The notes beneath the pieces are model-generated. The model had not been told where the DNA came from. It made no database searches and saw only the letters and a list, made by a program, of their open reading frames with translations. The position numbers were made by a program, and so were the translations under genes. Positions 24,775-42,187 of a DNA stretch of 64,000 nucleotides are shown in pieces (position 1 is the first letter of the stretch; each line of letters opens with the position of its first letter). Source of the stretch: Eledone cirrhosa (Eukaryota); NCBI GenBank assembly GCA_964016885.1, contig OZ024743.1, positions 222,766,001 through 222,830,000 of the forward strand. The letters are read 5' to 3'.

Positions 24775-26038
24775 CATTGTGTTGTACTGTGCCTGTGTTG
24801 TGTTGTACCGTGCCCGTGTTGTACCGTGCCCGTGTTGTACCGTGCCTGTAGTACCGTGTAGTGTAGTACTGTGTAGTGCGTGTTGTACCGTGCCTGTGTT
24901 GTACCGTGCCTGTGTTGTACCGTGCCTGTAGTACCGTGTAGTGTAGTACTGTGTAGTGCGTGTTGTACCGTGCCTGTGTTGTACCGTGCCTGTAGTACCG
25001 TGTAGTGTAGTACCGTGTAGTGTTGTACCGTGCCCGTGTTGTACCGTGCCCGTGTTGTACCGTGCCCGTGTTGTACCGTGCCTGTGTTGTACCGTGCCTG
25101 TGTTGTACCGTGCCTGTAGTACCGTGTAGTGTAGTACTGTGTAGTGCGTGTTGTACCGTGCCTGTGTTGTACTGTGCCTGTGTTGTACCGTGCCTGTAGT
25201 ACCGTGCCTGTAGTACCGTGTAGTGTAGTACTGTGTAGTGCGTGTTGTACCGTGCCTGTGTTGTACCGTGCCTGTAGTACCGTGCCTGTAGTACCGTGTA
25301 GTGTAGTACTGTGTAGTGCGTGTTGTACCGTGCCTGTGTTGCACCGTGCCTGTAGTACCGTGTAGTGTAGTACTGTGTAGTGCGTGTTGTACCGTGCCTG
25401 TGTTGTACCGTGCCTGTAGTACCGTGTAGTGTAGTACCGTGTAGTGTTGTACCGTGCCCGTGTTGTACCGTGCCCGTGTTGTACCGTGCCCGTGTTGTAC
25501 CGTGCCTGTGTTGTACCGTGCCTGTAGTACCGTGTAGTGTAGTACTGTGTAGTGCGTGTTGTACCGTGCCTGTGTTGTACCGTGCCTGTGTTGTACCGTG
25601 CCTGTGTTGTACCGTGCCTGTGTTGTACCGTGCCTGTGTTGTACCGTGCCTGTAGTACCGTGTAGTGTAGTACCGTGTAGTGTAGTACTGTGTAGTGCGT
25701 GTTGTACCGTGCCTGTAGTACCGTGTAGTGTAGTACTGTGTAGTGCGTGTTGTACCGTGCCTGTGTTGTACCGTGCCTGTAGTACCGTGTAGTGTAGTAC
25801 CGTGTAGTGTTGTACCGTGCCCGTGTTGTACCGTGCCTGTGTTGTACCGTGCCTGTAGTACCGTGTAGTGTAGTACTGTGTAGTGCGTGTTGTACCGTGC
25901 CTGTGTTGTACCGTGCCTGTAGTACCGTGCCTGTAGTACCGTGTAGTGTAGTACTGTGTAGTGCGTGTTGTACCGTGCCTGTGTTGTACCGTGCCTGTAG
26001 TACCGTGTAGTGTAGTACTGTGTAGTGCGTGTTGTACT
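24775..26038. repeat. Complex modular minisatellite, ~1.26 kb
   Basis: Interchanging units TGTTGTACCGTGCC(T/C)G, TAGTACCGTGTAGTG, TAGTACTGTGTAGTGCG, TAGTACCGTGCCTG. Confidence 0.97.
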
Positions 26039-26309
26039 CCATAAGATAAAATAATTATTTTCTTCCTAGTGTTTGGTTATCTAAACAAACACCCAGTACA
26101 CACTGTAAAATCGTTGGTGATAGAAAGGGGATCCAGCCATAGAAACCTTGCCAAACAAAGGGTTGGGAGAACCTTCAGTTGCATCAAAGACACAACAACC
26201 TCCCCTGTACACTTGGTAGAATATGAGTATATATAATCAAGACGACAGATCCCTGGCTTGTCTGGATGATCAATAGCCACTGCTTCAGTACTAACTTGGT
26301 CTATGTAGA

Positions 26310-26715
26310 CGGGGGTTCCCAACCTGGGCAATATCACCCACCGGTGGGCTATTTCAACTATCGGGTGGGCAATGAACGAATTTTTAGGAAATGGTGGGCG
26401 ATGAACGAATTTTTAGGAAATGGTGGGCGATCTAAAATTTGTGGGTGGCAAAGGATTTTCGGTAATTAAGTATGTTATTGATCATATAATGGCCGGTATG
26501 CTGTAATCACAGAGCTTAGATTTGCTCTTCCCTAGTCTAGACTAAGGAAGTAGTATCCAGCTGTATGAGTGTAATTCATCTGTTTTCATTTTTTAAGCAA
26601 CCGTTCTGAATAATGCTTTATTTTTGCGTCCTTAAAAATCACTACACAGGTGGGCGATGGGAATTTGTGTGTGTGGAAAAGTGGGTGATAATGACAAAAA
26701 GGTTGGGAACCCCTG
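26310..26715. mobile_element. hAT (Charlie-like) non-autonomous element inserted in an RTE-tail relic
   Basis: TIRs cgggggttcccaacct / aggttgggaacccctg; ATGTAGAC at 26303-26310 and 26716-26723 (left boundary ambiguous by 1 bp). Confidence 0.85.
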
Positions 26716-26819
26716 ATGTAGACCCATCCAACCCTTGCTGTTAGGAAAAGTGGATGTTAAAACGATGATTACAGTTTTAAATTCTTTACTGTTTTTATGC
26801 GATCCCATATTTCCTTTAA

Positions 26820-27018
26820 CCCTTTAGCATTTAAACAAGCCATATCCAGCCAAAGTTCAGTCACCTCTATCTGTTCTAACTGGCTGTAGCTGGCTGCTTA
26901 TACTGATGTTAAGGTATTAATCTCAAAATAAATAGCATCAAGATCTCATAGATTTGATATCTAATTTAAAGCCATGAAAATATAATAATAAATATAGAGT
27001 AATGTAAATTCTAAAGGG
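26820..27018. mobile_element. piggyBac-like MITE, family 1
   Basis: TTAA|CCCTTTAGCATTTA...CTAAAGGG|TTAA. Confidence 0.85.
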
Positions 27019-27325
27019 TTAAATATTCATACAAGTTATACCTTTTTTTTTCATATAAGAGAGCATAGTTGATTAATTTAACCCCTCAGTATATATTTAC
27101 CTATGTTGTTATTAATCAATGGGCAGTGGATTGTTAGAATTGTCAGAGCATGGGAAAAAATGCTTTGGTGATATTTGTTCTGTCTCTTTACATTTTGAGG
27201 TCAACTATGCATTCCATCCTGCCAGGCAGAGGATGATAAATAAAGTACCAGTCAAATACTGGGGTCAATTTACTTGACTTCCCTCGAAAATTTAGTGTCC
27301 TTGTGCCTAAATTAGGAACCATGAG

Positions 27326-27512
27326 TACATTACTGGTGCTTTATTTTATCGACCCAGTAAGGATGACAGGCAAAGCTAACCTCAATGGGATCTGAGTTTA
27401 AATTCCGCCAAGGTTAGCTTTGCCTTTCATCCTTACAGGTCGATAAAATAAAGTACCAGTAATGTACTGGGTAATTGCTGGCTTTGTGCCAAAAAGTAGA
27501 AACAATTATTAT
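27326..27512. mobile_element. Inverted pair of Nin/Deu-like SINE fragments
   Basis: 27326-27381 is the approximate reverse complement of 27410-27466. Confidence 0.75.
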
Positions 27513-28018
27513 ATTGGTAAAAGGCTGTGTATTTATTGGGAAGGAATACAGTATAATTCTTTCTTTTATGACTTACTCAGTGGAGGAAAAACAGCACCCA
27601 TGATGTTTTTAAGGGCTTCCGAGATACGAGAGAGGAACAGAAGAATTTATCCTTAACCTAGAAACCTTGCTCAGATGCTTACAACAGAGTGAACTCTGCT
27701 AAATGCAACAAAAGTCAGTTGGGTTTGTTAAACTGGGGGATAGATTAAGCCTACCACCCAGTTGCTAATAGTGTCCTTAGTACCTGGTATTTATTTAATG
27801 AACATTGGAAACAGGAAATATAATACCAACTACAGCAGGATTGCAATTCAGAACATAGAAATAAAGTATAAATGAACAAACTGAGAAAAAAAAAGAAAAA
27901 AAGGAAATCAGCTCAATCTTCCTTGCAACATAAGACATTTTTTCATCATTCTAATAGAAAGCAAGTATAAGGACAGCTCAACATCAAAACGGTTCACAAA
28001 TTTTCAAGCCATGTATTT

Positions 28019-28176
28019 AGCTGAGTGGCTGAGTGAGTGGCTGAGTGAGTGGCTGAGTGGCTGAGTGAGTGGCTGAGTGGCTGAGTGAGTGGCTGAGTGG
28101 CTGAGTGAGTGGCTGAGTGGCTGAGTGAGTGGCTGAGTGGCTGAGTGGCTGAGTGAGTGAGTGGCTGAGTGAGTGG
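28019..28176. repeat. (CTGAGTGG / CTGAGTGAGTGG)n minisatellite
   Basis: Direct inspection. Confidence 0.95.
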
Positions 28177-28402
28177 TATAGTTAACTGGGTAATGATTGC
28201 CACCTGTCACATGCATGTGAGTGTGGCAGGGTCATTAACTAGGTAATGACTGCCACAGTAATATCATTATTATTAAGTTATTAATTATTATTACTATTAT
28301 GAGAGTGCCAACATTATCGTTGTCTTCCTCTCTCTCAACAAATGAGATTCCTTTTCTCTCTCTCTAGCTAATTACATCTCCTTCCCTTGGCACTCCCTCC
28401 TA

Positions 28403-30232
28403 TCATCATCATCACCGTTTTACGTTCGTTCTTCCACACTAGCATGGGTTAGACGGGTTGTCCTGTTGTGGGCAGTGTCTGGTCGGCTGACCATGCCTTG
28501 CTCATACAGGAACTGATTTGGCTTGATTTCTAACACCAACCTCATTTACAGCGAGTGCTGGATGCTTTTTTGTGGCGCCTACACGTCCACTTTACAGTGT
28601 GGGCTGGGTGCTTTTTTGCCGTAGCACCTCCACGACCACCTTGCGGTGGGGGGTGTGGGGGTATATTGTCTATATGCTTCAGCTTGTACTCATGGGAGGT
28701 CGGGTACTCTGTATTACTGCGTGACGCCAGAGATCACGGTCGTGTGTCATTGCCTTTGAGAGGTGTAATTGGGTAAGGTCGGCTTTTATCACCTCATCCC
28801 AGGTCATCTTGGGTCTCCCCACTCCGCAGTTTCCATCGACTTCAAGTGCTCTGCACCTTTTTATGCAGCTGTCATCCTTCATACGCATCACATGTCCATA
28901 CCAGCGCAACCGCCTCTCCTGCACACAGCATTTGATTCCTCTTATGCTCAGTCTCTCTCTCAATTCATTTATGCTTTGTCGTTGACGTATATTATTGTTA
29001 CACATCCATCGGAGCATGCAGGCTTCGTTTCTCTCTAATCTACGTAAGTCTTCCACCTTCAGCGCCCAGGTCTCACTACCATGCAACATTGCTGTTCGGA
29101 TACACGCATCATACAGTCTGCCTTTCATTCCGAGGGAGAAGCCTTTTGCAGCTAGCAGTGGTAGTAGTTCCCTAAACTTCTTCCATCCCGTTCTTACCCT
29201 AGTTATTGTACTTTCTGAACACCCACCTCCGCTGCTAATTCGGTCACCTAGGTAGCAGAAGCTGTCTACTGTTTCTACAGAGCCCTCCCAGAGATTGGTG
29301 GTACTTGTTTCCTGTGGCTGTTTGCTGCTTGCTGTCCCAGCACAGCTGCTGCATGTGAAGCCTACATTCTTAATTAAGCTTCCTGAGATCCCGCTATATC
29401 TCTCGTGTACCCATTGTTTGCATTTGGGGCAGAGAATGGAGTTCCTACCTACACCTTTCCTACTGAGCAAGGCCATTTCCCTGAGGGGATCTGGGTTCTG
29501 TTTTCTCGTCTACTTACAAGGACCTTAGTCTTTGTCATGTTGACTTTGAGACCCTTTCTTTCTAGTCCCTGCTTCCAAGTTTGGAATTTATTCTCTAGTT
29601 CTACCATAGATTCAGCTATGAGTGCGAAGTCATCAGCATACAGGAGTTCCCATGGACATCTGGTCTTAAACTCCTCCGTTATTGCCTGCAGGACTATGAT
29701 GAACAGGAGGGGGCTAAGAACAGAGCCCTGGTGGACCCCAACCTGTACGCTAAATTCCTCGCTATACTCATTGCTAATCCTAACTTTGCTGACTGCTCCC
29801 CTATACATGGCTTGTACCGCTTTCACAAGCCATTCATCTACTCCTAGTTTTCTAAGAGCCCACCAGATTACAGCACGCGGAACTCTGTCAAAGGCTTTCT
29901 CAAGGTCGACAAATGCCAAGTAGAGTGGCTTACTTTTAGCTAGGTACTTTTCCTGTAACTGCCTCACAAGGAAGAGGGTATCAGTGGTGCCTCTTCCTGG
30001 TACAAACCCAAATTGCATCTCGTCTATTTTCACTCGGTCCCTAATCAACTGTGCTATAACTCTTTCTGTTACTTTCATGACCTGGTCCATCAACTTTATA
30101 CCTCTATAGTTTCCTCTATCTAGTGCATCACCTTTACCTTTGTAGCAGCTGACAATGATGCTACCGCACCAATCTTTTGGTATGACACCTAGTATTACCT
30201 GGTTCTAGTATTACTTGGTTTCTAGTATTACC
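28403..30232 (-). mobile_element. RTE-clade LINE subfamily B, 5'-truncated, frameshifted
   Basis: ORFs 29449-30093 and 28679-29476 give RT plus C-terminus; close match to 9453-11581 in reverse; (GAT)n tail. Confidence 0.95.
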
Positions 30233-30241
30233 CCAGAGAGA

Positions 30242-30273
<32 letters not shown>

Positions 30274-30361
30274 AGGGTGAAATCAACTTTCTGTCACCTC
30301 AAAAACACATGGCATTCTCTTTTCCCTCTCTATGTACATATCCCTTGCTTGGCACTCCCCC

Positions 30362-30937
30362 TTTCTATATAAAGTTCGTGTGACGGACGGACAAACAGTG
30401 CTCTTATTATAATATAGACTAGCAGAAAACCACCCGGGGCGGTTTTCTGCTAGTCTATATATCTAAAACAGAGAATGTCTGTCTGTCTGTCTGTCAGCTC
30501 ACTAAAACTTGAGAACCATCCAACCGATTGTTTTCAAACTTTAGACATGTAATACTTATTGTCCTGTGAGTGTTTTGAGCAAAATTTATTTCAAATTTTC
30601 AATGCCCTAGGGACCGCATTAGGTGATTTAGCGTTCTCTCTATATAATTCTTAGTCTTTCTTTTTAGATAGATACATAGATATAACGTTGCGCCCTTATA
30701 ATATCCGTCTGTATGTCTGCATTACGTCATTATGACGTGCTCAGCGTGATTCCCTCGGCCTCAGTGACCAAAGTCAGTGGAGAGGGGAAGGTAATGTTTC
30801 TGTAGCACGTGTTTTAGCGTCTATTCACTCTCTCTCTCGCCCTCTCGTAGTCTGTCTCTTTCTTTCACTCTCACTCTACGCACGTGTTTCCACTGTCGGA
30901 CAGACAGACAGAGAAATTGCTGGTTATATAAGTAGAT
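30362..30937. mobile_element. Cluster of non-autonomous Helitron-like termini
   Basis: 5' ends TCTATAT.../TCTACTTATAT... followed by (GTCT)n or (GTCC)n on both strands; CTAG|T 3' ends at 30419 and 30450. Confidence 0.6.
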
Positions 30938-31140
30938 TAAAGGTTATGCCCCTTTATGTTCTGAGTTCAAATCCCACCGAGGTTAAGTTTTACCTATCAT
31001 CCTTATAAAGTACCAGTAATGCACTGGGGTAGATATAATCAACTTTTTCTTTCCCCAAAATTGTTGGCCTTGTGTCCAAATCAGAAGTCACGCACTGGGT
31101 AATTGCTGGCCTTGTGCCAAAAGTAGAAACAATTATTATT

Positions 31141-31336
31141 GGTGGATTGGCAGTATCGGTAGAGAGTCGAACACCATGCTTTGCAGCATAGAGTTACGGC
31201 CCTTTATGGTCTGAGTTCAAATCCCGCCGAGGTTAACTTTGCCTTTCATCCTTACAGGGTCGATAAAATAAAGTACCAGTAATGCACTGGGATAATTGCT
31301 GGCCTTGTGCCAAAAGTAGAAACAATTATTATTATT
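31141..31336 (+). mobile_element. Nin/Deu-domain-like SINE, short-body subtype (more fragments at 30940-31140)
   Basis: Same head, core and tail as 24075-24267. Confidence 0.88.
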
Positions 31337-31499
31337 AGCCTTGTTATACCACTGAAGACTGGGTCTTTGAAATCACTTGTATCACATTCTAGGCAAATAA
31401 CATATGTTAACACTTTTAGTATCAAACCACCTGAAACTGTCCTTGGTTCTATGATACAAAACCATTTGTTTGAAAGTATTTATATTCATCTAAAAACCT

Positions 31500-31819
31500 G
31501 CTTTAAACGCGTCTTGGAGGGAACACCAACAAATAAGGATCTCTATGGCAATATACCACCTATCAGCAGGTCAATACGTGGACAGAGACTCAGATTTGCT
31601 GGCCACTGTTGGTGCAGCAAGGAAGAAATAGCAGGTGATGTGTTGTTATGGAGTTCATCTCATGGAGCAAGAAACGCTGGTCGTCCCAAGAAGACATATG
31701 TCAAGCAACTTGAGGACGATACTGGATGCACTGTGGAAGAACTGGCAAATGCTATGAGACAGAGATGGATGGAGGAAACGTGTCGTAGAAAGCCGAGCAA
31801 GCTCGACCTAATGATGATG
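31500..31819 (+). mobile_element. RTEX-like LINE 3' fragment with TSD
   Basis: PTNKDLYGNIPPIS..IR.QRLRFAGHCW...GRPKKTY..QL..DTGC; (ATG)n tail; AAAAACCT at 31492-31499 and 31820-31827. Confidence 0.8.
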
Positions 31820-31977
31820 AAAAACCTTATTCTAATTTTATGTAAGAGCCTTTGTTAAGTTATGCTTCAAACATCAGTTTAATAAAGACAAAGTTAGTAA
31901 TATTACTAACTCCCTCCAAACTGCCTATGATTTTAACAGAATTTTGAAAATATTGAAGTATCTTCCATTATAAATTA

Positions 31978-32350
31978 TCATCATCATCACCATTTAATGT
32001 CCATTCTCCATGCCAGCATGGGTTAGACGAGTTGTCCCATTGTGAGACATGTCAGATCAGGTGACTGTTTTGCTCATACAAAACTGTTTCTCACTTTTAC
32101 AATGTGGACTAAGTGCTTATTATGGAACCAAAATGACCACTTTACAGTGCGGGCTGGGCGTTTTTTGTTGTACCAAAATGACTGTGGGCTAGGGGCTTAT
32201 TATGGAACCAAAATGACCACTTTACAGTGTGGGCTGGGGGCTTATTATGGACCAAAATGACCACTCTACAGTGTGGGCTGGGCAATTTTTGTTGTGGTAC
32301 CAAAATGACCAGCTGGCAGGTTGGACTGGGTACTTTTTTATTGTGTCACC
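31978..32350 (-). mobile_element. Old RTE-tail derivative with internal repeats
   Basis: catttaatgtccattctccatgccagcatggg end; repeated ccaaaatgaccactttacagtg.gggctggg units. Confidence 0.6.
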
Positions 32351-32643
32351 AGCAATATGATAACACTTAAATGTTTACGTGTTTATATTCATCATAACTT
32401 TTGGTAAAAAGTTAAGTTCCAAATACCAATTTAATAATACAAAAATTAGTTATATTACTAGATCTCTCCAAATTTTTTATTATTTTCAAATTATTTCAAA
32501 AGCTTAGACGGGGGCTTAGGGTATAAACAGATTTTTTTTTTACGTGAGTGTTTTCTGCTGAAACAAAGATATTACAAGTGAACGGTGTCAATGATCTCAT
32601 AAGTATTATTAAGATAACTAGTCGTCTAGTAGTGATATATATA

Positions 32644-32980
32644 TCATCATCATTTCATTTTACGTCCGCTTTTTCCCTGCTTGCAAGGGTGGGACGGGAA
32701 CTGATGCTGGCTTGATTTCTACAGCTGGATGCGCTTCCTAACACCAACCTCATTTACAGTGAGTGCTGGGTGCTTTTTTGCCATGGCACCTCCACGACCA
32801 CTTTACAGTGGTATGATATGGACCCCAGTCCCTATCACCTCATTTCTACAGCTGAGTAAACTGGAGCAATGTGAAATAAAGTGTCTTGCTCAAGGAAACA
32901 ACACATCACCCAGTCTGAGAATTGAACTCCCAACCTTTCGATTGCAAGGCCAATGCTCTAACCACTAAGCCATGTGCCTC
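32644..32980 (-). mobile_element. tRNA-headed SINE with RTE-B-derived 3' tail
   Basis: A-box TGGCTTAGTGG, B-box GAGTTCAATTC; tail matches 11317-11470; same head/tail junction as 59823-60246. Confidence 0.85.
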
Positions 32981-33664
32981 CATATATAAATAGTATTAAC
33001 TATAAGTACAAATTCTTCAACATTGTCATGTTAGCTAGTAGTGATGTGTAGTATGTAAATAGTATTAACTATTAGTACAAACTGTTTTACTGGTTTCACT
33101 CAGAATGTGGCCATGCTGGAGCACAGCCTTGATTTAGTTGATCATATTGACCACAGTACTTTATTTTTTTAAAGTTTGATAGTATTTTGATAAGAGATTA
33201 ATAAAATAAGTAAGTTTGAGAACATATACTGAACAGAAACAGACACTAACATACTTTTAACAAAAGACACCGCCTATGATTTTAAAATAATTATGGAGGG
33301 GTTTAGTAATATAACTAACATTCTCAAAATTAAGTTGGTATTTGAAACAAAGGTCCTTACAAAAAGATTGTGATGAAAGACTTTTAGATAAATATAAATA
33401 CTTTAACCCTTTTCTTATATTTCTAATGGAAGACAATGCCTATGATTTTATAATAATTTTGAAAATAATCAAGAATTTGGAAGAATTTAGTAATATATCT
33501 TTCTAAAATATTGGCAGAATTGGTAGAGCATCGGGCACCGTGCTTTGCAGCATAGAATTACGTCCCTTTGCATTCTGAATTCAAATCTCCCTGAGTGAGC
33601 TTTGCCTTTGATCCTTACGGGATCAATAAAATAAAATATCAGTAATGTACTGGGGTTGATTTAA

Positions 33665-33885
33665 CCCTTTAGCATTTAAACCAGCCGTATCCGGTCAGAA
33701 TTCTCTCACAGCTTTCTGTTCAAACTGGCCATAACTGTTTGCTCATACTGGTGTTAATGTATTGTTCTTAAAATAAATAATATCAAAATCTCATAGATTC
33801 AATATTATTTGAGATAATTATGTAAGATAAAGCCTTTACTGCGAAAATACAATAGTAAATATAGAGTAATGTAAATGCTAAAGGG
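33665..33885. mobile_element. piggyBac-like MITE, family 1, inserted into a SINE (33512-33945)
   Basis: Perfect 14-bp TIRs; TTAA duplicated; removing the element restores the SINE motif ggggttgat-TTAA-tcaac. Confidence 0.92.
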
Positions 33886-34107
33886 TTAATCAACATTTCC
33901 CTCCCCCCAAATTGTTGGCCTTATGCCTAAATCAAAAACCAATATTATCATGTTGCCTTTATTGCATTATACATTTATGATGGAAGTGACTGAGAAGTGT
34001 CAATGATCACAAAACAACTAGTCAGTCTAGTAGTGACATTTATAAGTAGTGAGTGTTCTTTTACATCAGCATCTTATCTAATAGTGAGTGATATGTAAGT
34101 AGACAAA

Positions 34108-34625
34108 CATGGCTGTGTGGTTAAGGAGCTTGCTTCACAATCACATGGTTTTAGGTTCAGTCCTACTACACAGCACCTCAGGTAAATGTTTTTCTACAAT
34201 ATATTTATATATACATACATATACACACATTCGCGTATGTGTATCATACATACATATACACACGATGGTGGGCTGAAAAGTTCATAGGCAGGCTATGAAG
34301 GAGTGATTCTAAAGCTGTGAAATCTTGCATTCATTAATTTCAACTCTTAACTGCCTTGTTTCTTTCCAGTTGAAAAATAAACCTCATTTGGGCAGTCTTG
34401 AACTTTTCAGCCGACCCGTGCGTGCGTGCGTACACATATATATACAAATATATTTGTGTATACATGTGTGTTTATATTTGTATGTTTATGTCTCATACCT
34501 TAGTGGTTTGACAAAAATAAATCGATAAATATGTACCAGGCTTGAGTAAAATAAGTGCTGGTGTAGATTCCTTTAATGTGGTGCTCCAGTATGGCCACAA
34601 TCTAATGACTGAAACCAATAAAAGA
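34108..34625 (+). mobile_element. tRNA-derived SINE with CR1-like tail, interrupted by a mariner-like MITE (~34261-34420)
   Basis: Head tggctgtgtggttaagg..ggttcagtcc; MITE TIRs ggctgaaaagttca / tgaacttttcagcc; tail gtggtgctccagtatggccac..gactgaaac. Confidence 0.65.
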
Positions 34626-35062
34626 TGTAAGTATTAACTATAACTGTAATCTTCTTAGCTAGTAGTTGTAAGTTGTATGAATTATTATTATTACAAATTC
34701 TTTTAGTGACTTCAGTCATCAGACTATGGCCATGCTGGAGCAGAGCCTTGATTTAGTCTATCATAAATGTGTTACCTATTTTATTGATTTCGTTTTTGTT
34801 GAACCACTAAGTTACAAGACATAAATACAGTCACAAACACACGCCATCATCGTTTTTACATCACTCCATGCTCAAAACAATGGACTTCTACAGTTTTCGT
34901 CTACCAAATAAATTCAACTAATGAGGTTGCATATCCATATGCTGTTTCACTACACACACACACATACATGCATGTAGACACACACACACACACTGCTTAC
35001 AAAGCATCTAAACCAATACATACACAGAATTATGATGATGGTAATGATGATGATGATGATAA

Positions 35063-35288
35063 GGGCGGTGGATTGGCAGAATTGGTAGAGTGTCAGCCAA
35101 CATGCTTCGCAATGTAGAGTTACGGCCCTTTACGTTCCGAGTTCAAATCCTGCCGAGGTTATCTTTGCCTTTCATCCTTACAGGGTTGATAAAATAAAGT
35201 ACCAGTGATTCACTGGGGTCAATTTAATCGACTTTCTCCTCCCCCAAATTGCTGGCCTTGTGCCTATAGTAGAAACAATTACTATTAT
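35063..35288 (+). mobile_element. Nin/Deu-domain-like SINE, long-body subtype
   Basis: Complete head to (ATT)n tail with extra ggggtcaatttaatcgact..cccccaaattg segment. Confidence 0.88.
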
Positions 35289-36306
35289 GATGATAGCAAT
35301 TATGATAAGACACTTGCTTGCCAAAAGTATTGTGCATGCAGGGGTATTGAACCCAGAACTTGTTGGCTGGAAAGTGAGCTCCTTAACCATAAGGCCATGC
35401 CTACACCTATATTTGTAGAAATTCTTATATATCATCATCTTAGCTAGTAGTGACGATATATAGTATGTAAGTAGTGATAACTATTACTAGAAATTCATCA
35501 TCATCATCAACATCATCAACATCATCATCAACATCATCATCATCACTATCAGTTAACATTTTGTTGTGTCTTAATGTTGTGTTCTGAAGTATCTCATGTA
35601 ACCTAGTTTATTGCAGATTTCTTTGTCATGTGGAAGGGGTGGGGTTTGGAGGAGGGCGGGGCAATGGTGGTGTAGGGAGGGTGGTAGTGTATGTGTAGTA
35701 GTGGTGGTGGTGGAGGGGGGCAGTGGTGGGGTGTTGGAGGTGTGCGTGTGCGCGCGTGCGCGTGTGAGTGTGAGTGTGTGTGTGTGTGTGCGTGTGCGTG
35801 ATGGTAGTGGTGGTGGGGGGGAGGGGGGGGGGGGGAGTGTGTAGTACTCCGGAGAGTGTGTGCAGCAGAGGGTGTGTGGTGGATGATGACACTCCAGTGA
35901 CAACCAGTATCACGTCCACCATCACATATTGCATTCTCTCCATATATGTGCACACACACACACACACACACAGCATATTGTACACTCAACTTGAGATGCA
36001 TATCCACATGCTGTTTCACTACACACACACAGAAGACACACACAGACACATACCGATACTTACAAAGCAACTAAGCCTACATACACAGATAATGATGATG
36101 ATATAGCAATTATGATGATGATATGATGATTATGACAATGTTGATGATAAATATTTCTCATCGCTGACATTTTACTCCAGTCTTGCATCAGTATAATGGG
36201 TTAATAGCAGATATGATTACTTTAAAATAATTATTAATGTCATTTTATAAATAAACTCACAACTTGGGTTGTCAGAGTCTTACTTTATAAATGTTGCACA
36301 TATATA

Positions 36307-37299
36307 TCATCATCATCATCATCATCGTTTAACGTCCATGTTCCACGCTTGCATGGGTTTGGACGGGAGTTTTCCCACTTGAGGCAAGAGTGATTGTCTT
36401 GCTCGCATAGGACTGTCTGGCGGGTTTTCTACAGCTGGATGCCCTTCCTAACACCAACCACATTTACAGTGTGGTCTGGGAGGTTTTTACCGTGTTGCCT
36501 ACACGGCCACATTACAGCGTGGACTGTGTTTTTTTGTCGTGACACCTACACGATCTCATTTGTTTCGGCCTGGATGTTGTGGTACCAACATAACTTTACA
36601 TAGAACGGGGTGGTGTGGATGGGGTGGGGGGGGGGGGGTATTTTGTTAGAGATGCCTACTGACTGTAGTAGGTTTTACTTTGTATTTAGGTAAGGCGGGT
36701 CTTCTCTATTACTGAGTACCGCCAAAGGTCTCGGTCCAGTGACATTGTCTTGGAGAGGTGTAAGTGTGTGAGGTCGGAATTTATCAGGTCGTCCCAGGTT
36801 TTTCTGGGTCTGCCTACTCCGTGGCTACCGTCTATCTTTATTGCCCTGCACTTTGTTATACAGCTGTCGTCTTTCATGCGCATCACGTGACCATACCAAC
36901 GTAGCCTTCTCTCGAGTAAACAACATCTGATCCCTCTTATTTCTAATTTTTTCCTTAGTTCATTTATGCTTTGCCGTTCACGTATATTACTATTGCACAT
37001 CCAGCGGAGCATGCAAGCTTCGTTCCTCTCTAGTCTGCGTATATCCTCTGCACACAATACCCAGGTCTCACTGCCATGCAGCATTGCTGTTCGTATGCAG
37101 GCATCGTATAACCTGCCTTTCATTTTTAGGGAGAACCCTCTAGCGGCTAATAGTGGTATAAGCTCTCTGAACTTTTTCCATCCAGTTCTGACTCTAGCTA
37201 CTGTACTTTCAGAGCACCCTCCCCCACTGCTGATTTTGTCACCCAGGTAACGGAAGCTGTCCACTATTTCTATAGAACCCTCTGCGCAATTGAAAGAGC

Positions 37300-37301
<2 letters not shown>
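36307..37301 (-). mobile_element. RTE-clade LINE subfamily A, 5'-truncated (~1 kb)
   Basis: C-terminal ~205 aa of track ORF 36686-39775 (FRYLG...RRLRWYGHV...GRPRKTW) plus 3' UTR and (GAT)n tail. Confidence 0.95.
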
Positions 37302-41823
<4,522 letters not shown>

Positions 41824-42011
41824 CAATATTAAATAAATGGAAAACTATATTTATAAAACCATATCTATTTCATTATATATATTTCGGGGATATCATATTA
41901 ACAATATGCTATGCCTTCATCAGACAAAATACAATATAAACAGTTTTATAGATAAATATATTCGACATACCGTAATAATTACGGTATAATATATATATAT
42001 ATAATTACGGT

Positions 42012-42046
<35 letters not shown>

Positions 42047-42132
42047 ACACATATATATATATATATACATATATATACACATATATATATATATATACAT
42101 ATACACATATATATATATATATACATATATAC

Positions 42133-42184
<52 letters not shown>

Positions 42185-42187
42185 TAT

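Noticed and set aside
24750-26042. 430-aa repetitive ORF
   Set aside because: Translation of a minisatellite whose units are mostly not multiples of 3.
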